Source of the DNA: Octopus vulgaris
Lineage: Eukaryota
NCBI GenBank assembly: GCA_951406725.2
Contig: OX597818.1
Span: 137,144,001-137,208,000 of the forward strand
DNA: 64,000 nucleotides
Direction: 5' to 3'
Part shown: piece by piece, positions 55,208-64,000 of the stretch
Layout: each line of letters begins with the position of its first letter
Position numbering within the stretch: position 1 is the first letter of the stretch
Program-made: the position numbers and the translations under genes
The notes under the pieces: model-generated
The model's database searches: none
Told to the model about the DNA's origin: nothing
The model's input: the letters and a program-made list of their open reading frames with translations, nothing else

Positions 55208-55675
55208 GAGTAGATTTACCAAAATAACAAGGCAGTCCTGGTTTAGGACGAATGTTGCTATAGTTTAGCCCCAGGAGACTTCGTCTCCAGTTGGTTATAC
55301 GACACGATCTGTGTCCTTATATTTCCGAACAAGGAAATCTAGCAACCCCACTCAGCTCAAAACAATCTTTGTATCGCGATTTCCGGGTTATTTCCCTTCA
55401 GCAGCAGAGAATAATTGTTCAGTTGGAGGTGGCGCTGCCAAATTCCCGTTCGAAATATATAGTTTTCAAAGTAACAACTAGTCATTGATCTATAAATTAG
55501 AAAATTACTATTTGCAAATCTCACAACGAGAGATATTCAGAAACAGTACCTTGGAGTAAAGATAATTTGCCAATGTAACATGGTAGTCCTGGTTTAGGAC
55601 ATTAACGTGTTATGTTGGCAAATTATCTTTACTCCAAAGTACTGTTGCTGAATATCTCTCGTTGTGAGACTTACA
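55208..55675. mobile_element. Fold-back element insertion with a 13-bp TSD
   Basis: TSD AACCTATGGTTTG at 55195-55207 and 55676-55688; internal palindrome ~55512-55675; homologous to 34800-35128. Confidence 0.8.
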
Positions 55676-55814
55676 AACCTATGGTTTGCTTGAAAGTGCT
55701 TATAAACTAGTTTCAAGAATTCTCAACCTATATTAGTTTTTACGGCAATGCTAAATGCCGGATTAAATCACAAACTTTCCTAGCTCTATTTCTATGTCTT
55801 CTATAATTGTCAGT

Positions 55815-56142
55815 TCGATTCCCAGACCGGGCGTTGTGAGTGTTTATTGAGCGAAAACACCTAAAGCTACACGAGGCTCCGGCAGGGGATGGTGGTGATC
55901 CCTGCTGTACTCTTTCACCACAACTTCCTCTCACTCTTACCTCATGTTTCTGTTGTACCTGTATTTCAAAGGGCTGGCCTTGTCACTCTCTGTGTCACGC
56001 TGAATATCCCCGAGAACTACGTTAAGGGTACACGTGTCTGTGGAGTGCTCAGCCACTTACACGTTAATTTCACGAGCAGGTTGTTCCGTTGATCGGATCA
56101 ACCGGAAGCCTCGTCGTCGTAACCGACGGAGTGCTTCCATCC
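55815..56142 (+). mobile_element. SINE family B, 5'-truncated
   Basis: Starts at the B box TTCGATTCCCAGACC; flanking TGTCAGT repeat. Confidence 0.9.
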
Positions 56143-57334
56143 ATTACTGTCAGTAGTGCTTTGACTATACCGGATCTTCTCCGAAAATCCACTGTTCTTT
56201 AATGCATTATTATAATATGGCACGGCATTTTGAAACGCTGACTCGTCTGAAGTTATGGATGATATGCGCCTTCCTATATTACTAACTAGACTCTTAACTA
56301 TTACGGGTAGATGCTTTGAATCTTAATATGTTATAAGTTTTCATTAGGGTTACGGTTTATCTAATTGCAAATCTAAGTTAATATCTTAAAAATCCACATT
56401 ATTTAGGTTAGTTTCTATCGTTATCCGTAAGCCCATTCTTTGGAAGAAAGCAATAAGATTCTTCCTAAGTCTATCTAATTCGTGGCCGTTCGTATTACAG
56501 GTAACTATAAGACCGTCATCCCTGTATAATCCTACATCTATAAAAGTGAATTCCAGATGCAGGTTATGCAAAATATAATGCTCCTATAAGCATATATAAC
56601 TCCACTCAGTCATATGCCCCCCTCGGCACGTCGAATAAAGAATCCTCGATCTTTTTAACCCATGTGGAATTATCGTATAAAAGGAGGGATTTCTTTGCAT
56701 GCAGGATAATATCTATATCCGAACCGTCGATGGTGATGTATTGTTTGACGTATCTATATCCGAACGATGTTGACGTACAGGGGTGACGTATCCAAAATGT
56801 CGATGTTGACGTAAAGTCTAATACTTTAAGAAGTAAAGGCCTAGATATTGACAGGTAAAAATCGACAATATCAAACTACGAAAATTTGCATATATATTTA
56901 TGGCTAATTCCCTTGAACCAATCTATAACTGACTTACTTATTTCTCCAAATCCGTAGATTTAATTCTCTATATAACTTGTTTAAAATAGAATCTAGAATA
57001 CTTTTGGTAATAATGCCAATTTCTGTTTTAGCTGGGTTGATTTGTTTGCATTTAAGGTTTCTACAGAAATTAGCTTTGTGGTCCTTAAGGGTAATAAAGG
57101 GTTGGTGCGGAGGGAAGTATTCTGTCCTATCATATAAGTTGGTGTTAGCTTCTTTTGTAGGTGTCTGTAATGCTATTAGAAAAGAATCGTTTGTAAAGAT
57201 CTTTTTCAACCGCGTATAGGTCTTTGTTTTATCGGAGTTAATGAAAACTTTATCCGAGTTCTTTATATTTCTAATGTTTTCATCTATAGCTCCCTGGAGT
57301 GCATTGTTGTTGTGTATGTGTGTATATATATATA

Positions 57335-57565
57335 TATTTCTTTACTACCCACAAGGGGCTAAACATAGAGGGGACAACCAAAGACAGACAAAGGGATTAA
57401 GTCTATTACATCGACCCCAGTGCGAAACTGGTACTTAATTTATCGACCCCGAAAGGATGAAAGGCAAAGTCGCCCTCGGCGGAATTTGAACTCAGAATGT
57501 AACGACAGACGAAATACGGCTACGCATTTCGCCCGACGTGCTAACGTTTCTGCCAGCTCGCCGCC
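57335..57565 (-). mobile_element. SINE family A, single unit
   Basis: Complete head and body; flanking ATGTGTGTATATATATATAT direct repeat. Confidence 0.9.
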
Positions 57566-57719
57566 ATGTGTGTATATATATATATGTGTGTGTGTGTGTA
57601 TGTGTGTGTGCGTTTGCATGCGATTTTGACTATGTGCATCTGTGTTTGTATGAGTAAGAGTACTTGTGTGTGTGTCTGCGTGCGCGCGCGTATGTGCATG
57701 CGTGTTTTTTCGACATTGT

Positions 57720-58974
57720 ATAAATAAGCTGTTGGTGAGCCAAGACTGACATGTTCATATTAAGAGCCTTTGCACGTGGAGGTAATGGAGGATTGCAGTG
57801 GTGGCTAAGTTGTGTAGGAATTCAGGGATGATATGGAAGGATGGAAGGGACAGTAAGAAGAGCATTCAACTTCAGAGAAAGAAAAGTAGCGTGACACAAC
57901 CCAACTTTGATTAAACACAAGTATCAGTAACAGAGAGCACATCAGCTGACGTTGGGCTTATGCGATCTGGTAGGAAGTTGAGCAATGAAATTGGAACGCC
58001 ATGTTGTCTCTCTAAGAGACTGAAAACTATGGAAGCGCTATTGATGGTCGTTAAAGAGGAAAAGAGATACTCTAGGTTCCGGGGTGGGGAGTTAGTTTCA
58101 ACAGCATGAGTTCATTTTTCTTTGATTCTTGTGGGAGAGGAATGGAGAGAAGATTCATGAGTTGTCACTAACTATTTATTCAATTCCTGTTTGTAGCTAA
58201 CATTGATGACCGTGTTACCAGAGGTTAGGAGGCGCAATGGCCAAGTGGTTAGGGCAGCGGACTCGCGGTCGTAGGATCGCGGTTTCGATTCCCAGACCGG
58301 GCGTTGTGAGTGTTTATTGAGCGAAAACACCTAAAAGCTCCACGAGGCTCCGGCAGGGGATGGTGGTGATCCCTGCTGTACTCTTTCACCACAACTTCCT
58401 CTCACTCTTACTTCCTGTTTCTGTTGTACATGTATTTCAAGGGGCCGGCCTTGTCACTCTCTGTGTCACGCTGAATATCCCCGAGAACTACGTTAAGGGT
58501 ACACGTGTCTGTGGAGTGCTCAGCCACTTACACGTTAATTTCACGAGCAGGCTGTTCCGTTGATCGGATCAACCGGAACCCTCATCGTCGTAACCGACGG
58601 AGTGCTTCCACCAGAGGTTAGTAAATCAATTCAAGTCTGGTGGCAAAACGAAGCTCGTTTGCCACCAGAGTTGAACTGGCAGAAAAGATACAAGACTATG
58701 CTTCGTTTTATTGGCGTTATCCACGCAGTCGGCCTCCAACTATTTGCTTTCAGACCCTCACTTAGGAATCTTGCCCTTCCGACAAACTGTAGTGGCACGT
58801 GTAGAAGGGTAGATTAGGTATTGTATTTGTCTGTTGTGAAATCATGATACAAGCATATGTACAACGGAATGTATTCTTTGAAAGTGTCCAGAAAACTTGA
58901 GCTGGTATAAGGGAGAATAGTGGGCCTACATTTGATGGTAAGCCTGTTCAAGTAGGACCACTGGAGACCTGCAT
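57720..58974 (-). mobile_element. Very old LINE RT remnant (CR1/Jockey group), interrupted by SINEs
   Basis: Weak minus motifs in the expected order: TGLPSNVGPLFSLI (~GVPQGSVLGPLLF), DNANKTK, LNALL (~WNALP). Confidence 0.35.
58228..58609 (+). mobile_element. SINE family B, full length
   Basis: TSD ACCAGAGGTTAG at 58217-58228 and 58610-58621. Confidence 0.9.
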
Positions 58975-58984
58975 CAACAATACC

Positions 58985-59210
58985 TATTTCTTTATTACCC
59001 ACAAGGGGCTAAACACAGAGGGGACAAACAAGGACAGACATAGGCATTAAGTCGATTACATCGACCCCAGTGCGTAACTGGTACTTAATTTATCGACCTC
59101 GAAAGGATGAAAGGCAAAGTCGACCTCGGCGGAATTTGAACTCACAACGTAACGCTGGAAAAATATCGCTAAGCATGTTGCCCTCCGTGCTAACGTTTCT
59201 GCCAGCTCGC
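58985..59210 (-). mobile_element. SINE family A, single unit
   Basis: TSD CAACAATACC at 58975-58984 and 59211-59220. Confidence 0.9.
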
Positions 59211-60010
59211 CAACAATACCATCAACGTCATCAGCAGAGCCACTGTGACACCAGTTCCACACCAGTGTCACAAACCTAGTTGAATTTGTGACTTCTCAAT
59301 GAAATAAAGAAAACCATGAAACCACGTTCTCCTTCAAAAATAACAAAAACTGTAGATATGTTTCCAATTTATTTTTAGTAAATATGAATATCGTCGATAT
59401 GTTTTCACGGAAGCCGTAGCAGTTTTCATTAGTTTGTTTTAAGTGTTGTATTGTGTTTCTATCTCTAAATACTCATCTTATACTTGAAAATTATTTTGGT
59501 CTTTTAAGCACTCCGGTTTAATCGTTCTTTTATAAATAGTTTCTTTGAATCCCATTTCTAGCCATTTGCTTCTATGCTATTTGCTATACAATATACAGCT
59601 TTCATATAAACGTATGTATGTATGTGTGTATGTATCAACTTGTTACTTTATTTATAGGAAATAAGAAAAGCAAAACTTAAACATACAAAAACAGAGTACG
59701 AAATGAAAACATGAGTAGATATATTTGTGTATCAATGCATGAGTGTATTTCTTTGAATGATTGCTCCTGTCTGGTTACTCACCAGAAAATTCTTACAAAA
59801 ATGCTAAAATCCATACAGTCAGGGAATTTACATAAAATACACACAATAAGATCTCACACGTGTAGCAAGTTGAGAAAATTCGATCACCTATCATTATACA
59901 AGCGTTATAATATATTCAGAACGTTAAAACTGCTGTTATACTCTTCTTTCTTTCTTTGATCAAATCCCCGAATCAACCGCTCCACGAAAAATATACAGAG
60001 TAAGGAAGCA

Positions 60011-60644
60011 TCATTGTTCGTCATACGGAATATCATATGGAATAGTGTTGGAAACTCCACCACGTATTGGAACTATATCATCGTAGCTATCATCATCATC
60101 AACATTATTGTTATCACGTTGTAACTTTGTCTTTCGCCGCTTCGATTTTCTGGTTTTTCTTTTTCCTGCTTTAGCTTTTGGCCTTAAACAATTGGCTTTA
60201 ACTTCTTTTTTATCGCCTAGCCTTGCTCCACCAAACTTTAGCTTTTTGCAAGAACATCGTTCAAATTCAATACTTGTTTGACCCTGTGGTGATTCTATGT
60301 TGAGCCCAATTATGGATGAACTCAAATCAACTTCCATAATACTCTCCAGCTGACATTCTCCTTTCAGGTCTAGATGGCCGCTCGGGTTGTGTTTATAAAC
60401 TTTCCTTTTTTTTATAATTCTCATATCCGTGTCTTTTGTACACGCATCGCTGGTGTCGCTGGTGAAACTGCTTTCGCTGTATTCACTGATATCACTGTTG
60501 TTGCTGGTGTCGCAGTTGCTAACATCTCGTTTTTTCTCGCAGTAGTTGCTCTCGATGCTAGCGTTGCAATCATTTCTCGCGCGATAACTTTTGCATTGTT
60601 TTGGGGATATATTTTGTTTTGTTTTGTAGAAAAATCTCATATTT
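60011..60644 (-). CDS. Probable terminal coding exon, unknown Ser/Asp-rich and Lys/Arg-rich protein (209 aa from the ATG at 60640)
   Basis: Non-repetitive 630-nt open frame in AT-rich DNA. Preceded by CTAAC + TTTATTTCTCTTATATTTCTGCAG acceptor. TGA at 60013-60011; AATAAA at 59652-59647. No domain recognised. Confidence 0.6.
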
Positions 60645-61127
60645 CTGCAGAAATATAAGAGAAATAAAGTTAGACAAGGACAAAGCAAATTATTAAGAGA
60701 AGTGAGCATTGCTTAAGGATGTATGCGAGAAGAATAATTAATTAATTAATTATTTAATTAGTTAATTAATAACACACATACAACAAAAATAACAGCAACA
60801 ATTAAAACAATTATGACAATAGTGATAGCAATCAAATTTAAAGAGGGAACATCAATGCGCTTGGTATACATGTATTAAAATAGCAGCCATGTTTCCCTCA
60901 AATAACTCTGTACCCGCTCCATGAAGAATGGGAGTTCACATTACATAATGGTTTCCCACTTAAGATCTCTGATCATAGCTCAGCTTGATTAGCGCTGCTT
61001 TGGGACCAAACAACAACTACAAAAACTACACATACAAACAAACTTCTAAAATTTTGCCGAGTGTCTTATCCAGATTCATGCAACTCTGTTGTAGAAATAT
61101 GCAATAATTTGTTCAAAAATATACATA

Positions 61128-61289
61128 GGCGCAGGAGTGGCTGTGTGGTAAGTACCTTGTTTACCAACCACATGGTTCCGGGTTCAGTCCCACTGCGTGG
61201 CATCTTGGGCAAATGTCTTCTACTATAGCCTCGGACCGACCAAAGCCTTGTGAGTGGATTTGGTAGACGGAAACTGAAAGAAGCCCGTC

Positions 61290-61324
<35 letters not shown>

Positions 61325-61536
61325 TGTGTGTGTGTTTGTGTGTCTGTGTTTGTCCCCCTAGCATTGCTTGACAACCGATGCTGGTGTGTTTATGTCCCCA
61401 TTACTTAACGGCTCGGCAAAACAGACCGATAGAATAAGAACTGGGCTTACAAAAGAATAAGTCCCGGGGTCGAGTTTCTCGATTAAAGGCGGTGCTCCAG
61501 CATGGCCGCAGTCAAAATGACTGAAACAAACAAAAG
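61128..61536 (+). mobile_element. SINE family C, full length
   Basis: GGCGCAGGAGTGGCTGTGTGGTAAG...GACTGAAACAAACAAAAG. Confidence 0.9.
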
Positions 61537-61690
61537 GGTATATGCAAACAAAAGCTAAAAGCAAACTCTATCACATTCTGTTTTATAACTTCGCACTTGG
61601 GATAGCAAAATTGAAGCCGCAGTAAAACAGCCAGTGATATCGATATCTGCTTAATGAAAAACGAAATTTTCTCTAAACATCTGAAAATTG

Positions 61691-61798
61691 ACAGGATAAT
61701 ACAGGGAGTTTAGTTACTTACGTTGTGTCTGATTGATTGGTGCTACAGGATAATACAGGGAGTTTAGTTACTTACATTGTGTCTGATTGATTGGTGCT
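61691..61798. repeat. 54-bp tandem duplication
   Basis: ACAGGATAATACAGGGAG...GATTGATTGGTGCT twice, with one mismatch. Confidence 0.9.
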
Positions 61799-61909
61799 AT
61801 TCAGGAAGTAATGTGTCGTAGAAAATGTTTAGAACTTAAATCTTGTTGTTCTACACGAAAACTGTATTATATGCATAGGCCATCCTCCAATATTCTATAT
61901 AGCAGACAG

Positions 61910-62027
<118 letters not shown>

Positions 62028-62046
62028 TAATAATAATAATAATAAG

Positions 62047-62492
62047 CATCCATGAGCATCCCCTGTGATCATAATATCTCAGCGAAAGAGTTTGACAAGC
62101 TCAGAAAATATAAAGACCTACTCATTGAAATTGAGAAAATGTGGCATCTCAAGGCGGTTACAATACCAGTGATCGTAGGAGCACTAGGAATGATCAAGAA
62201 GGGAACCGAAAATTATATGAGAATGATCCCTGGCTTACCATCCCTGCAAGAAGTGCAAAAGATTGTCTTAACTGGTACATCACACGTATTGAGAAGAGCA
62301 TTGTCGATGTGAGAACTGTTGCTGCTCATGTATTTTAACTTAACTTTAAAAAAAAAAAAAAAAAAAAAAAATGAACGAACTACTGAGTTTGGTTTAATGG
62401 CCTACCAATATACACTATGAGTTTCTTTGCCCTAGGAGTCGGGAAGACACTCGGCAAGAAATGGAAGAAAATTTGAAAGAAGAAAAAAAAAA
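62047..62492 (+). mobile_element. Young 5'-truncated R4/Dong-like RLE non-LTR element in (TAA)n
   Basis: Intact C-terminus SIPCDHNISAKEFDKLRKYKDLLIEIEKMW...IPVIVGALG...VQKIVLTGTSHVLRRAL*; (TAA)n on both sides. Confidence 0.9.
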
Positions 62493-62493
62493 A

Positions 62494-63518
<1,025 letters not shown>

Positions 63519-63644
63519 CATCCTTTCTACTATAGGCACAGGGCCTGAAATTTTGGAGGAGGGATTTAATTGATATTTTACCCTTTATTTTCTTTGTTTA
63601 CTTATTCTTTTTTCTCTTTTTCTTTTTCTCTTTCACACGACTTT

Positions 63645-63760
63645 TTAAATGAACAATCTGGTGTGTTTATTTAAATGGCCTACCAATGTTTGCAGTGCGT
63701 TTCTCTGCACTAGGTGCCAAGAAGACACTCGGCGAGAATTGGAAACAACATTGAAAGAAG
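63645..63760 (+). mobile_element. Diverged 3' UTR of the R4/Dong-like family
   Basis: AATGGCCTACCAAT...CTAGG...GAAGACACTCGGC.AGAA.TGGAA matches 62395-62480. Confidence 0.7.
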
Positions 63761-63840
63761 ACCCACTTGGTAAGTGGATGTGAGAGCCTTGCACAAAAAG
63801 AATACAAGCGCAGACACGATAAAGTGTGTGTGTGTGTGTG

Positions 63841-64000
63841 TATCTTCATTGGCTCTTACGTCGTAAATACCAATATGAAGTAACAGAGAACTGGTATGAG
63901 CATGTACCAAGTAAAGTTATGCAGGAGGATGGAAAAGTAACGGTACTCTGGGACTATGATTTTCAGACGGATCGTGTAATCGAACACCGTCGGCCGGATA
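63841..64000 (+). mobile_element. R4/Dong-like RLE domain fragment (runs off the window)
   Basis: YLHWLLRRKYQYEVTENWYEHVPSKVMQEDGKVTVLWDYDFQTDRVIEHRRPD. Confidence 0.85.

Larger units (their letters stand above)
54590..57300 (-). mobile_element. Decayed Penelope-like retroelement (Naiad-like RT + C-terminal GIY-YIG), interrupted by two insertions
   Basis: PFITLKDHKANF...INPAKTEIG; VGLYRDDGL; CNC...CCLL..GIVYRAMV...IYTGAS..SFKTRLYSH..SF...TSLAKRIWQLK...NLCLT...LNQRRKLLNSCR. Many stops. Confidence 0.85.

Overview
AT-rich, microsatellite-saturated metazoan genomic DNA. The SINE repertoire resembles what I recall for Octopus (inference, no search run). Almost all ORF-track entries are microsatellite or SINE translation artefacts. 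Supportable content: (i) three abundant tRNA-headed SINE families (called A, B, C here), several with clear TSDs; (ii) two decayed Penelope-like elements (PLEs; RT + GIY-YIG) at ~8350-9550 and ~54590-57300; (iii) RLE-type non-LTR fragments, R4/Dong-like ones sitting in (TAA)n; (iv) CR1-type LINE fragments; (v) Tc1/mariner relics, a mariner MITE, a hAT MITE and two non-autonomous Helitrons; (vi) one credible protein-coding terminal exon of unknown function (60011-60644, minus) and a few candidate plus-strand exons. The most notable hidden layer is a set of short non-coding elements, mostly lodged in (TA)n tracts, that carry hammerhead ribozyme (HHR) motifs. One is canonical with an unusually long stem II (29765-29863), several share a non-canonical CCGANGA core, and one pair is inverted. 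Several 100-300 bp fold-back palindromic elements occur alongside them. I interpret these as possible PLE-mobilised, retrozyme-like elements.
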